Of a stretch of 64,000 nucleotides of DNA, positions 27,577-42,600 are shown in pieces. A program made the position numbers and the translations under genes. Every line of letters begins with the position of its first letter. The stretch's first letter is position 1. A model generated the notes under the pieces. The model worked only from the letters and a program-made list of their open reading frames with translations. It had not been told where the DNA came from and made no database searches. Where the stretch lies: assembly GCA_002633005.1 (NCBI GenBank), contig NMRA01000003.1, positions 415,672 through 479,671 on the forward strand. The letters are read 5' to 3'. This stretch comes from Phoronis australis (Eukaryota; Animalia; Phoronida).

Positions 27577-27673
27577 ATGGAGAAACTAATTCGTGATATG
27601 CAGCATTCCGACACGGGGATTCCTGTACGCTGTCAGAAGATTTTTCTCACCACAATACCATGTGCTTTCACAG
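27577..27673 (+). CDS. RGS exon: DEP domain start ([32 protein letters not shown])
   Basis: ttacag|ATG acceptor, G|gtgtgt donor (phase 1); matches the R7 RGS N-terminal DEP segment. Confidence 0.92.
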
Positions 27674-30600
27674 GTGTGTTAACTCCTTTCTCTCTCACAT
27701 TAGACTAGTGAACACGGTGAAATGAACATGAAAATGTGTTTGAGTCTGTTGTATTTCTTATTGCCTGCGACGTTGATCAAGCTTGCTCATGTGTTCATTG
27801 CTAACATGTGCCAAGTGGATCTAACAATGTGATTACTCTCATTCATTTACAGTATAGTCACACTGGATGTATAGTCCACTCTCCACACAGGTAGTGTTAT
27901 GCTGGAAAACTTACCACCAGCATTCTTTCTACAGTATGCGAGTCTGTCCTGCTCGTCATTGCGTGCCTGCATTGTTTGGTCAATTTGCAATATACTTATG
28001 TCGGCACATTGTTATTAAATGCTTTTTATTTTTGTTTGCTGGTTATTTCTGTCATAGCTACTGGAAGTTGAGCAATTATTTAGATTCAAACTCTTATGAA
28101 ATTTCTTGCGACAAACCACTAATTGACTTCCTGAAACTGCTTTGAGATGGTGGTGTAGCAACATAAAACAAATATATTAGTGAATTTATATACCATTTAT
28201 TGAGGTACGTACCCATGCTGGTTCTCATGTTCCTACTGTAGGTAGCACAGGTAACGTTCATTTTTGAACAGGTGCAACTACTGTGGCACCCTCATGTGGC
28301 AATTTTTCCAGTCTTATTTTTGCTGTTTTTGGCCTCTGCTACCTATTTGCCAGTCCGCGTGACAAATCAATTTTCTTTGTACCTGCCTCAATGTGTAACA
28401 AGTTCACTGATGTGTCATCATGAAATTTCGCATTTTTTATGTGTTCCTATTGGGGAGACATAGCTGGTGCTGATTTTGGCATATGTGTGCCATTGAGGAA
28501 GTAGGTATGGTATTGATTTTTGGACAGATCCTTATGGTCATTATGACTACTGCAATATCTACCAAGTATATGATGTCTCTGATTGTGTTAGTGTGTGGAG
28601 AGAAAAGATACCCTACAGAGTCGCAAATGCTCACGTCACATGACCTAGAACTTACAAGTCCTGAAACATTTCTGTCCCAAGTGGGGCTCGAATGCGGGAC
28701 CTTCTGCAACACGTGGAGATGTTGATCGAGCCATCGAGACCATTGATCAAGTTCTTTGATGGATCTTTATGAAATTTAATGTAGGCATACCGTATGAGGA
28801 AGCACATCTGATGTAGAGTTTCGGGTGGATTTGACTAAAGTGTAAGTTCCCCAGTTTCGGGTGGATTTGACTTAAGTGGAAGTTCCCCAGTTTCGGGTGG
28901 ATTTGACTTAAGTGGAAGTTCCCCAGTTTCGGGTGGATTTGACTTAAGTGGAAGTTCCCCAGTTTGGGGTGGATTTGACTAAAGTGGAAGTTCCCCAAAA
29001 AGTTTTACAGTTTGCGATACACACGGTGAGGGAATGTCAACGCATTACTGTGGATTTAAATAATTTTTGTATTTTTCACCGCCTTACTTCGCACATGTTG
29101 TTGGTGTATATTTAACTTTATGCTTTTATAAGTCTGTCCAAGTTTGGCAAGTCCACTTAATAGATGAATTATACACCCTTGAACTAGCCCAATTAATTCA
29201 ATTAAACTTGTGGGAATTAATTATTAAATCCATGTCAAACATTGTCTAAATCCATCTCATTATCTCCATCTCATCAATATACCTAGACTGTTTATATTAT
29301 ATGCCATTAGTGAGTACATATACTCTAGGAAGACTTTAAATCAATAGGATTGTGCACAGTCCAAGGCCAGCTAGTCACCTAGCAAAGATTTTAATTAGAT
29401 TGACTAGCCATGCATATGTCCTTGGGTAAGGATTTTGATTTTTCATCTCTGAAATTACAATTGCAAAGAAGCCCCATTTGCCAAACATAGGAGGTGTAGT
29501 ACTGTTGAAAAAACATTGACTAAGAAAGAATCTGTGACAATGGAGACGACTACTAGCAGCCTCTCCGTTTTAGAGCTTTTGTTATGTTTACTTTTATGTG
29601 AAGGGAATAATATGATGAAAAGTATATTTTGTGTTGGTGATTAATTGTTTACAGCAACAAGTGGTACACAAGTGAAGACACCTTTGCTCTAACTACTATA
29701 GCACGAGAGCCAGTTATTTTTTCGACTTGCAAAACAGGAGAATTCAACAGTCTAGTTTGAAAGTTCTATATACCAATTTCCTAAAACAGCCCATGCAGGT
29801 GACTTCTGTATATACAAGGCATAAACTCATAACCCTTCAACCTTCCTTTTATTCTTCTTTGATGTCCACATTTTCTATTGTCAACAAGTGATACACATAA
29901 TTCTGGTGACGTAAAACTGACCTTGATCCTGCAAGACTTGCTGCGTGGGGATTTACAGCCTTGTTAATTACATTGTTATCTCACCAGGTTATGATTTGTG
30001 TGATTGGCTAATGCAGCATTTGAACATGGAGGATCCAACTGAGGCACTTCATTTGGCCAATTTATTGTGTCGCCATGGTTACTTCTTCCCTGTTGGCGAC
30101 GCACGTAACTATGCTGTCAAGGACGACAATACTCTCTACAGGTTCCAGGTAACATGGTTTCCAGGACAAGAAAGGAATTCAATCATTGTGAATTGGATTT
30201 TAAGAGTTTTGAGCAATAACTTACCAAGTTTGTGCTGAATTTCTTAACTTAAGTTGTGTGTTTTAAAAAAAGTTGTCAACTTATTTCGCTAGTGATAATT
30301 TAAACATGTTGCCGATGACATTCAATTATGCTATATCAGAAAGATTTAAGTCTCTGAATCTGTTAATATTATTGTTATGTTAGATCTTTACTTGGGTGGC
30401 TACTAAATTGAATATCACCAAGTTTGATACCTGTGTGAGATTAGTAAAGCATTAGTTTAATATTTCAGAGTCCATACTTCTGGCCGTCACAGAACTGGCA
30501 GCCTGATAGTATTGATTACGGTGAGCGATCACATGCATCTCTGCCAGCTGACATTTAGCTGGGCTAATCACCTTCAGCTAATGGATCGATAGTTTCATTG

Positions 30601-33600
30601 GCTACTTGGATTCTAAGTGTTCTGAATGCACTCACTGTTGGCTGCCTTTTATTGAAATTGATTTGACATTATTTACTGTGGTTTAGTGGGCCTCTAAAGT
30701 GCAGCTTGTATGTCCTCTCTCTCACTCATTGTACTTGCTCACTGAAACAATTTAAGTTGCAATTGTGTTGAAAGTTAACTATAATTTTCTAACCCTTCAT
30801 TCACCTTCAACTTATAATTGTCCTTTTCTGGCTTTAGCATCAGTATAAAAGAAACAGCAGTATTGGAGTTTTTAATTATTTTATGCTACAAAAAAGGAGG
30901 GGCAAAATTTTGACACAGACGATAAAGTAGTTGCGTATTTCAATGATGACATCACACGTCAGGTTACTCTACAAACATGGGTTTCAAAATGACCTCCGAA
31001 CCCTGGAGGTCGAAAACGTTCATAAGGTAAAAACTTAATTGTCTATGTCCAAAGATTTTACTCCTCAGGATATATTATGTACAAAATTAATGCAGACGGT
31101 ATTTTCCAGTGCTGGATTTGTAGTTGTCAAAGGGGATCCCTCCTTGGGGCCCGTTTAAGCTTATGTAGGACCTTGTTGACAAGTATGTGTATTTGACCAA
31201 AGATATGTATTTTGTGGAAGTATAAAGCCTGTAGAATGGGATCTTTGACCTTTTACAAATCTGTCATTAATTGGGTCACGTGTTTTTAAGTAAAAAAGGA
31301 AAGGTACATTCATAGCACAACAGCGGTATCAATCACGTGACCAAATTTGATGAAGTCTCAAAATGCTGTTACAGTATCTAAGTTGTCATTTCGTTTTCGT
31401 TTTATACAATTTTTAATTTTTTATGAAACTCATAAAAGTCCTGTTTTATGACCTTGCATTCAAAAGTTTATTATTTTAAAACAATTCCTAAAAGTGTGTT
31501 ATAAAACTCTGCATTAAGCGTTGTGTCTGAAAGTTTCATATGAATACTTAGCCATTCTTGAGATATAATGGTCCCAAATTAGCCAGTTTTGGTCATTTTT
31601 CTACGGTCCTACATAATCTTAAGTTGCAGTGATAGCTGTTGAAATTAACAACAGGGCAATTTAATATCAAATGATTTGCACTTTTCAAATGGGCTAAATG
31701 TCTAGTGTTGCTACAGGTTCATAAATGAACACCATTTATAATAATAGATGAGAGCTCAGAAGTTTAGTGTGACAAGCATCGATAACGAAAGCTTCCCGAT
31801 GTATGTGAATGATGCATGCTGTCATATTGGCTGTAAGGACAGCACTGAGAAAATGTTGTGCTGTGTACAGTATGGAATAAGGTGAAAATGTTGTGCTGTG
31901 TACAGTATGGAATAAGGTGAAAATGTTGTGCTGTGTACAGTATGGAATAAGGTGAAAATGTGCTGTGTACGCTATAGAATAATGTGAAAATGTGCTGTGT
32001 ACAGTATGGAATAAGGTGAAAATGTGCTGTGAACGCTATAGAATAATGTGAAAATGTTGTGCTGTGTACGCTACAGAATAATGTGAAAATGTTTCGTCTC
32101 GATCGTAATCTTAACTGTCTTCTCCTTCTAGCTATTTATCTGGCCAAAAGAACATTGCGTAACAAACAAAGACACGGTCTTGAAGACTATGAACAGGTAG
32201 GTGGGGAATGGGTATACTGGGTTACAAGCAACTTTTTGTGTTTAAATTGTGGAACAATAGAAATGTGTTAACCTATGAGCATCCTTATCAGTAGGTCTGG
32301 ATTTTGCTAAATACATCTGCAAAATGTAAAATTTTGCATTCTGTGGTAAAGCTGTATGTTATCTGAAAGTGGAAAGAATGTAGAATAGTTTGGAATATTA
32401 TACTGAGCCCCTGTTGATTGGACCAAGATGTCGTGTCTCATACATACCACAGTACATGGTGATGGAACTTACTACAATAAAGTAAAATAAAAGTGACTAT
32501 GATATGGCTTGACTCAGTTTCTTATATTTTTCAAAAGTTGGTTGTTTTCTGCATTTGAATAAGATGTAGCAGTTTGATGTACAGTTCTGTTATTAAAGTG
32601 GACAGTTTAGAAATTCATGAATTTAATTAGTAACTACGTTATTTTATGGACTTAACCTGTAAAAGATAATATCGTGAGTACAGAGACGTTTCCACCTAGA
32701 AAAAAAATAAATGAACTATTCCTTAAAGGTTTTGAGCTATTTGCTTTGGAGTCAACAAATACTGCGAAACACAGCAAGGGGTCTGTTTCATGAAAAACGT
32801 CTTAAGACAGAAATTTGTTCTTGCGCTCAGCTATTGCAGAAAAGTGATTAACGCTCGTTTGGGTATAAGTGCAGTTTGTGGTTTTACACAAAATTGCTTG
32901 CTAGTTGCTGAGATGATTTCTATAAATCATTTCTAAACTATGATGCCCTCGTAATCAACTTGAATGGCTAAACAGTTATTCAGCAATTGCGAAGTTACAG
33001 TGTAAGACCGAAGTTCTGTCTTAAGTCACTTTCATGAAACGGACCACAGGCTCTAGGGTTTCCTGTCAATGACTATTGATTTAAAATTTCAGATGGCTTT
33101 CAACAAACTGCAGAAAATGTTGACGGACAAGTGGCAGTTTATTTTTATGCAAGCTGAAGAGCAAGTCAGGTGTTTACAATGTGCTTTGTCCATCTCAGCC
33201 TGGTCACATGATCCAGCCTGGTCACATGATCTAGTCTGGTCACATGATCTGACTCTCGATAATTAGGACTGTTCTGTGACATCAGTAACATTGTCTAACA
33301 GTTGTTACGTGTCAGACTGTTGTTAACCACAATATTACCATTAGATTATAGTGCACCGCTCTACAGTCTTGAGCAGTTAATGGTGCGATTGTGATGATTG
33401 TGTCACTGCAGTCATGCAATGAAGCCAATATATTTATTTGAAGTCAGTTTTTGAAACAGCAACACGATCAATCGAGCCACGTACTCACTGGTCATGATGG
33501 CATTTTATTTCTGCTTAGCCAAGAAAACTCCCTGGCCGATCTAGGATTTGATGAAGGGGACCCTGACTAAGATGTTCATATGATAAATGTTTGCGATTTC

Positions 33601-36600
33601 CCTTAAAGCAATATGTCCATACTGGGGTTAAGGCACAATATGACATAAACGCTCTCCAGCAGTTCAGTAATGGCACAATGCTACTCACCTCTAACATAGG
33701 CAAAATTAAATGACCCATGAATGCGTCGTATTAGATCTCGTCACAATTGGTGATTGGCTGCTGTAGCTTGCTGAAGATGTATGGTGGAGGGAAATAATTG
33801 AGAGACGATGAGAAGAACAAAGTGCCACCCAGTTTGTTAAATGTTATGTAGCTGGGCATCATTTAAACTGTAATCTTTTAATCACTGAGTGTTATGTAAC
33901 TGAGTGTTACAGTTGTTCAACAACACAGTAGTTTTACCATGTTTTTTAAATAGCTTTTACTCTCTAGTCTTTTGAGTCATTTGCAATCATTCCCAGCTCG
34001 TTTCTCTGTCATGCTAAGTAATGAGAAATATTAATTTTTGTGCGCGTTTATTCGGATATGAATGCCTCCTCCCAATTAAGTTGATGTAGTAAAGTGTAAC
34101 AAGCAATGACCTGAGGTAGTAGTGATTGATTGTTATTGTATTCACTTGAAATAACAACTTGTGTTATTTGGATCTAGGTCTCATACTGGCGAAGCAGTTG
34201 GTGACATACAAGCTCCTACGCTTATGTTAAAAGAAAACAGAAATAAACAAGACTTCAATGATATCTAGACTGAAGCTCATTGTCGAATTGACTATGGACT
34301 TAACGTTATGCCTCCAATTATCCATAGCTACCATTCACCGAAAGATATGTAACACAGATGTGAAAAATTCACAAACTGTTGTTTGGGTTCGTGAATAGAG
34401 TTATGGTAATTCACGCATATGTAATTTGCATGCAGCGAGTAACAGCTTGCTTGTCATTCAAGACTGCTGTAATTGCGTTTTGTTTGTTTTGTTTGGATAC
34501 GTCAGTTGGAGATTTTTTACGTGCTTTTGAACCTGAATGTTGCCGAATGTTTCATCAGCATCATAAGGCAGTGGCTTGATTTTAAACAATCTTGAAGTCA
34601 CTGTGTTGTCCGTGTTTCTGAAGAGCAAACCACTACGTGTGTTTTCTCTGTTTCATGAAAAGAATTGCTCATGATCGCAAGAAGGCAGACAAAGTTGTTT
34701 TGGACAGTCAAGAGCGGGCTTTCTGGAGAGTACACAGACCTCCGGTAATTAAAGGAAATTCTCTTTTACTCTATATCAGTAATCAAATGCTACTTTCCAG
34801 ATGTTAAGTTTGCTCTCACTCATTTGGCACATACCGTATAGGGATAATTGGAAAGTGTCGGTGTGTGGTATTAATTGTTGCATTCACAAACTTAAATTTT
34901 TTACAATGCTCTTTGTTAGTTTGAAAATTAGGGACTCATTGAATACTAAAACAAGATTATTGTCCACTTGGAAATCTGTTGTCATTGCTGTTGTGCATTC
35001 ATTTTGAATTGTGTAGTAATTGTCTATTTATTTAGCACTCTCACCTCATTTTGCACACCCAAAATTATTTGTAAAAAATATTTGACCTTCATTTATTTCG
35101 CCCGACGCTACTTAATGGGAATTTCTTGCTGTGCCTAATTTACACGCAGTCAAGTTTTTTACTTTGAAAAATATCAATGCAAAGTCATGTTATTAGCTCT
35201 AGTTATGCACACCTCTTTAAGTGTTATAATAAGATTTGAGCATTGTGTATTGCCCGCTTAATGCGTCCAGTCATATGGGATGTCTCGTGCTGTTAAAAAC
35301 ATGAGGTAAAAGGGATGACCTGGGTGAATGTGGTGTCACTCAGAGCCGTGTGCTCAAAAGAGGATATGTCACCAATGATGGTGTAAAGTATGTTTCTATT
35401 GGAACAGCATAAAGTAACTGAATTACTGTTAATTGGATCATGCTGGCAACCTGTTAGTCGCATTTGGATATATTAACAGAGGGTCAGTCGGCATAGCTGG
35501 GTTATTCAGTTGATTTTGCACAAATGTCTTCAAACTCTGTTTAGTTTAGTTGACACACCCCAACTATCAGGAAAATATGTTTAATTTGTTTTTGTACAAA
35601 AGTGTTGGAGAATTACCATGGTTGGAAGAGCATGACCCATGTCTCGGAGACACTGTGTGGATACAGGGCTTGGAATTTTTCTCTTTTAAGAGGATTCCCT
35701 CTTTTTGTTTCGATTTCCTCTTATTTGAGTTCTAGTTTCCTCATTCTTTGTCTCTTTTTTATCGTTATTTTGACTTTATTCATGCAAAAACATATATTTC
35801 TGTTAAATTTTACAACACAAAAAATATTTCTATCACACAAACCTTTTCACTTGTGGAACGACACATCACCTGGAAAATTTTCCTCTTTTATGTCATTGGT
35901 CATTCCTAGCCCTGGTGATATTCCCACCATAAGACTATTTTTTCCGAGATCTTTCCCGGAACTTGTCCTAACATTATAGAGTAGCGACAACAGTTTAATT
36001 TTCCACCTAAAGAGCAAATGCTCTGCCATTGTTACACTGTTCATTCAATCGTTTTGTTTTGCAGCCTGGGCATGTCAAATGTTTGGACGAGGGGATGAAA
36101 AGAAATATGCAAAAGGGGAAGTGTAAAAAGATGAATGCAGAGTCCCTGCATACAGAGGTAATAGTATCAGCCCCTCTGTGGCCCACTCTCAGCACCATCG
36201 CTAATTACACTCAGTCACAAATGCGTCAAATGCTCTCTTTATTGTGTCTGCCTATGCTAGTGCAACGAAACTGAAAACCAATGACCACCTGTAACCTGTA
36301 AGCAGTATTAAGAATAGCCATTAACAGCAATTTTTAAAATGACTTATTAATAACAAAAACAATTACAATGGATTGTAATCTACTCTAATTGCTAATACTT
36401 CCTAGATTGTTTCATAGGTTTCTAGGTTTTCCTGCATACTAACTGTATTGTATTGGCAAACTGTTCTGTACTTTCATGAACTAATGTTGATTCACAATGG
36501 ACTACTGCTCGTAATTACTACACCTGTGCACTTTGTTTCTACATGATACCCTACTGCTGTCACTACACTCCTTGTAGAGGGACTATTTAAAAAGAGCATT

Positions 36601-39600
36601 AACCCAACCAAGAAACAAAGCATCAAAGAGTATAGAAGGGTAAGCATACACCGGACGTGTCTGTTGTATCTCTCTGATATTCTATTCACCTGACTGTACC
36701 AATGGCTGTTAGGTAATATCTATGTGTTCTAACTGTAGTGAAACCATTGCCCCAGTTAACAAGACCAACTCAAATTGTTGAAATGCACTTGCGACTGGTG
36801 TTTACTAGTCTCACGTATATATATAAAAATTAAAATTGCGTTAGGGGTTGAGCGTTAGTCAAATCTGCCCGAAACGAGGCAAGTGCTGTGATCTTGTTAG
36901 AAACCTAGTTGCCAAATTTCTTGAACATCCATTAAGGAACATGATAGATATGGAGCCATATGCAAAGAAAGATTAAATTGCCACCAGGGGATGCCACAGT
37001 AGTTAGTCTCGTCCCAAAGTCAATGTCAGTCGTACTCTGTTCAAGTGGAACACATATACCAAATTTCATCAAGGAACTTGGTAAATATTGAAGCAGATCA
37101 CATAGAATCTATCTCAAAATAGCAATGTGTCTCCGTCTTTATAATGGGAGCCCATTTGCCAAATTTCCTAAAAATATTTGTATGAACTCAAGATGTAGAA
37201 TAATGTGAAAAAAATAAAATTCCTAGAATGGTTGTTAAATACGTCTGAATATTTTCTTGGGCCATCCATTCTATGATACGAACATGTCTGCAAATTTTCG
37301 TAAATATCCATTGAGGCGTTTTGGAAATACAGCAGCAAACGGATGGGGATGACATCATAATGAGTCCGCATTTCTGGTATAGACGTGCGTGTGCGTGTGT
37401 TTATATGTGGACGCATGACAATGGTTTATAATAATAGTTTTCAATCTAAAGCAGCATTTGTTTGATACTCGTGCATTTTACATAAAATGAACAAGGGGAA
37501 AAGTTAGCCCTCACATGAATGTATGCTTTTTCATTCGAACACTGTGTGTTGACATTATGGCAGAAAAAAATGAATCTCCTGCTGTGATACTTTCATATAT
37601 TGCACATTGTCTTGTGTGACGATCGTTTCTGAATGCATTCCCAGTTTCAAACTCAAGGTCTCTGCGTAAACTCTTTTTCACTGCTCTTGTGTTTCACTCG
37701 TACACTGCATTCTTTTAAGTTACGTTTGCATTGTATTTATTATATGTCACACTTGCACCTAAATAATCATTTTCACTTATTGACTTATTTAGCTAAAGTG
37801 CATTACGTTATTTTAGATGTGAGCGAATCCTGAAAAGGTATTAACATGAAACCTGTCCGTTTTGATATAGTGAACAACTTCTACAAGCCAGTCATTTTTA
37901 GTTAGAGTTTCATTATCAATGGCCATGCTGCGTATTTGGGACCAACCTCATGATGTATTTGAACCCACAGTCTCAACCTCATGATGTATTTGAACCCACA
38001 GTCTCAGTGGTTGCAGTCCAAAGCTTTGCTCGCTATTAGATCTAAAGCACTATCGAGCAAGTAGCCAGTCATAGCCAAGTATATTAGTGTAACTGATGAC
38101 GTCACTGTCCTTGATCTCAGTTAATTATTCTAAATGACTGTAAGCCAGGCTCTACAATTGGTGATTTCTAAGTAAATGACAAAAGCTCATCGGGTTTGGC
38201 TACTTTACAGCTCTGTGCTGTTGGTCAGAACTTCAAGAACTCTATCCTTCCTATCAGTTATTGCAAAAATGTGTTTTTTCGGCCGTAAAACCTATTGTGC
38301 TCCTTTTAAAAATTTTAGTTTCGTGTAAGTGTGAATTTTACTTTACTTCAGTTGCTCATTTGTTTTTTACTTAATGTCTGATATGTTCCTTACAGAACCC
38401 ATTGTTATTTTCAGTGTGCTCCAAAGATGTGAACAGTACTTCGACCATGACCCCTTCCTGTTCCCGTGTCAACCAAGCAACCCTTGGATGTCCGAGGATC
38501 CAACTCTGTGGATGATCGACACTGTTATGTATGTGACATGGACCTATGTAACATTATTTTTGTATGATAGACTCCAGGTGATCAGAGCAATGGGCCCACA
38601 TGCGAGGCCTGCGCACGTCTGGTACAACGTGTATCAAACCGCCTGCAATTATTTTTTTATATGATAGACTGGTGCATCTGTCTGTTTCCTCAGGAACGTC
38701 CTTGCTTGTTCTTGAGTTGAGAATCTCAAGCGGTTCTCTTTTCGAAAAAACAGTCTTGATTTTGTGAATACCACATGGAACACTGGGGTTTTAGTACTGC
38801 ACTTTATTTCGCTTAAAAATAATTGTAGTAAGTGAAATGGTGAAGGTGGGCAACTGACTATGCACTTTCTTTGGTGATTCTCAAATAAACTACCTGGGAG
38901 TTGGGCGACACGGGTGAGAAAATCACTGAGTCAACCAACCAGCAGCAGATCTTGTGTGAGACACAGTAGGTGACTGAATGAGCTAGACCACGCTACACTG
39001 AACAAAGGCAAAATAACTGACCAATGACAAATAGCTAGGTGCATGAATCGTGAATGTATAAGTGGCACCTGGTGGATATAAATAGATATAGTAATGTCAA
39101 ATAAACGCTAAGGTGGATACAAAAATAGAAATCAGACATGGCAAAATGGTGATGATAATACATTGAACAAGTTAAATTTAATTATTTTGTTGTGGAATTC
39201 AATCTCCAACAGATATCATTTTTTTTGTTTTTGATACATAAATAGCATTTCATTGACACAAGACGCTTGCAAAAAGCAAGACTTCAGGAGGTATTACCAT
39301 ACATTGCAAACAAGGGATGTTGTCACTCTAGCTTTACTTGCGACATTCTTGCATCTAGGGAATACAACCTAGTTCTTGCTGGGACAGACCTGTTGCATGT
39401 CTCAGTGCATCTTTTGCTATTCAGCTGGTCTGTTTATTTGATACTGTAGCAATGACAGTCCAAGTGAAAATTGTTGAAGTCTTGGGTCTTTAAGAATACC
39501 GTAGTGCTGTATAATTCTAGCTGTGATAGTCCAGCTGAACGTCGTGTGAAACGCTGGGCCTTTGGTATAGATGAGATTTTGGCCGACTTAACTGGTCGAC

Positions 39601-42600
39601 AGGAACTGGCCATCTTCCTGCAAAAGGAGTATAGCCACGAGAACCTGCGCTTCTGGGAGGCCTGTGAAGAACTCAAATACGGTCCACTGTCAGCTATTCC
39701 AAAGAAAGTCAAGGCTATTTATAGGTATGTGAAATCCAGGGATGTGGGGCTTGATAATGTCATGGGATGCAAAGAGTTTTGTACTTCAGTTTTAGTTGTT
39801 AACTGACTACAGAGGAATAGTTTTTGTCATCCCATAATTACTCTAAAATGGTTCAGTCCATATTTACTGTGTAAAAGCTGATTAAGAAAACCTCACAACT
39901 GTTTAAGTAGCTAATTGCACATTTTTGATAGTTTACCCATCACTGTCAAGTTGCAGTATGAATAAACAAGATCAGATTCTTTACTGGTCATTTCAAAAAG
40001 CTGACTGAAAAAGACTTTTGGCAAGTGGAAACACGTCGTCATATTTTCTAATTTGCTTTTCTGAAGACGTATGCATATCAGATAAAAAAAACGAAATAGG
40101 AAACCATGATTATTGTTTTTATGTTAGAAGTATGTGCAATAGTTTATCCAAGGCTTTAATTCTTGTAGTGAATTCCTTGCAAGTTCTGCTCCATGTGAAG
40201 TCAACATAGATAGCAAGACAATGGAGATAACCGAACAAGCTATGAAAAAACCAAATAGGTATGTCTTTATCTTTCACACTTTCATTTGTTGTATCAAAAA
40301 CTACTGATGTTGCCACAATTACTATAGCCAAGAAACTGTCTATGACCAATACTGCACAGCTCAAGCTCATCAGTTATGTAGCTGTAGGTTGTTTCATGTC
40401 ATGGTAGTCAGGACGCTCCTCGTTGTACTGGCTATGACCACAATTTTGCTCATTGTTGTCCAGAAAGTCACATTAGCTTGATGTCCTTTGAGGAGATCAA
40501 GGTAATCCTTCTGGTGCACAGTTCTTTCCAAAAGTTGTGCTCGTGATTTCATTACAACAGCCATATTTTGAGCACGTGCTGACGTAGCTGATTTTGGTGA
40601 CCTTGACATTGTTTTCAAGGTCAGCAAGAGAATCAACGTTTTGACTTGGGGAAAATGTTGTTGGTGAGAGGTGTAAATGGCCTGCATCTCCAGGTGCCAA
40701 TCGATTTTGACTACCTTGACCTTGTTTTCAAGGTCATGACGAGAAATTCAACTTACTAGAAAAATGCTGTCGGCTCAATATCTAAAGAAGAAAGCTTTCA
40801 TCTTGCTTATATTTACATAACAAATAATTACCACCTAACATTGAAGCCTTCAAAATGTGTATATCATGGGGGGCAGCAATTGACAATTTGACAAATGCTT
40901 GCACATGTTTGAGGCTAACTAGCATGTGATCACTGGCCCCTGGTCATTGTGGTATCTATTATTTAGGTACACGTTTGAGGCAGCCCAGGCTCATATTTAC
41001 CTGCTGATGAAGAAGGACAGTTACGCTCGCTTCCTCAGGTCAGAACAATACAAGACACTTCTGACGAATGCAACTCAGCCTAACTACAAGAAAAAGTAAG
41101 TTGTGTTTGTATTGAAAATTTGATGGAAACCACCACTGTCTGACAGTTACGCAATAAACGTGTGGGGGACAGGCTGGCGTCTGTTAGTTACTCACATCCA
41201 GATATCCTTTCTAATGTAATGGAATGTCTCATGTTACTTCAGTGTACTCACATCCAGATATCCTTTCTAATGTAATGGAATGTCTCATGTTACTTCAGTG
41301 TACTCACATCCAGATATCCTTTCTAATGTAATGGAATGTCCCACGTTACTTCAGTGTACTCACATCCAGATATCCCTTCTAATGTAATGGAATGTCTCAC
41401 GTTACTTCAGTGTATGTAGAACAGTCAGTATATGTGAGCACCATTTGGGTTGTAGCTGTCATGTGATTGTTGGAATGAACAAATAGAGCTGCAACTCTCT
41501 GGTGTCTTATATTCCATATGGAGGCTTGTAACAAGTATGTCATCATATGTTTCTGATTAGCATTTATTTCTCGTATCTTGTTTTTCTGGGAGTTAGCGTG
41601 GTATCACAATGGGTTTTGTGGATTTTCCGTACAATTTCAGAATTTATATGAAATTTTGAAATCCAAAAATCAGTTCAGTGTTTGTGGGAAACACATGAGT
41701 TGTGTATTTTTAAGTATCGGGTTACTGCGATGCCTTCTGCAAAATAGGCGGTATTTATACCTCTTACACACGTGCTGTTTTCTTCAGGTTCTTTGGGTTC
41801 GCCGGTTCCAGAAAGAAGAGTCCCAACCCCAGTCCTAACCCAGCAAGACGGCGCAGTAGTACATCGAGTGGCGGGAGTACACAGAGGATGTCTGAAGGCA
41901 GCTTACCTAGCAGTGTGCCTGATGTGAAGGGAAAGCACTCGTACAGTACTGGTAACATACAGGAGCTAGATAGTGAACAGCCAATACTACGGTGCGCACC
42001 GTCTTGTAATAACTTATCGTTGTTATTATTGTGTGATGTCATATTGACTCGTCCCTGTTCACAGTAGCTAATGTACAACAGACATGGTCCATTTATGTAC
42101 TTGTATTGAGGTCAGACTGCCACACACAGGGCTGCCAACTGTTACAGATTTATCACTATTCTACGTACGTTTTATAAAAAATCAGCTGAAAGCAAAAAAT
42201 ATCCTTAAAATCATTGGAGTTTTGAAGCGCCAGAAAAATGACGATTGAGGCAGAAAACACTCTGGAAGATGACGGAAATAATCAAGAACACAAGATCGGT
42301 CCTGACCAATGAAACACATCCTGAGTACCAAAGTATTTCTCTTTCGTGATTGGTCATTTACAGTTACTTTGTGAAAGACTGACCAATGAAAAATGCACTT
42401 ACTTGGCTTAATGCATTGTTGGACTTACTTGGCTTTGCATTTTTTTGCTTTGGACATACTGTTATGTCAGTATGTCAAGAGCAGAAATTCTGAGACAAAT
42501 ATTCTGAGAAATTAGATTAGAAAACGAGGAAAAAGAATTCACCATGCTTCAACACGATGACTTCGGCACATTGCATACACATTGGCTTTGATAAGGAAAT

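Noticed and set aside
28747-28998. ORF with a 12-aa repeat ([12 protein letters not shown])n
   Set aside because: Translation of a stop-free 36-bp minisatellite, antisense inside an RGS intron
41764-42078. 104-aa minus-strand ORF
   Set aside because: Antisense shadow of the RGS tail exon
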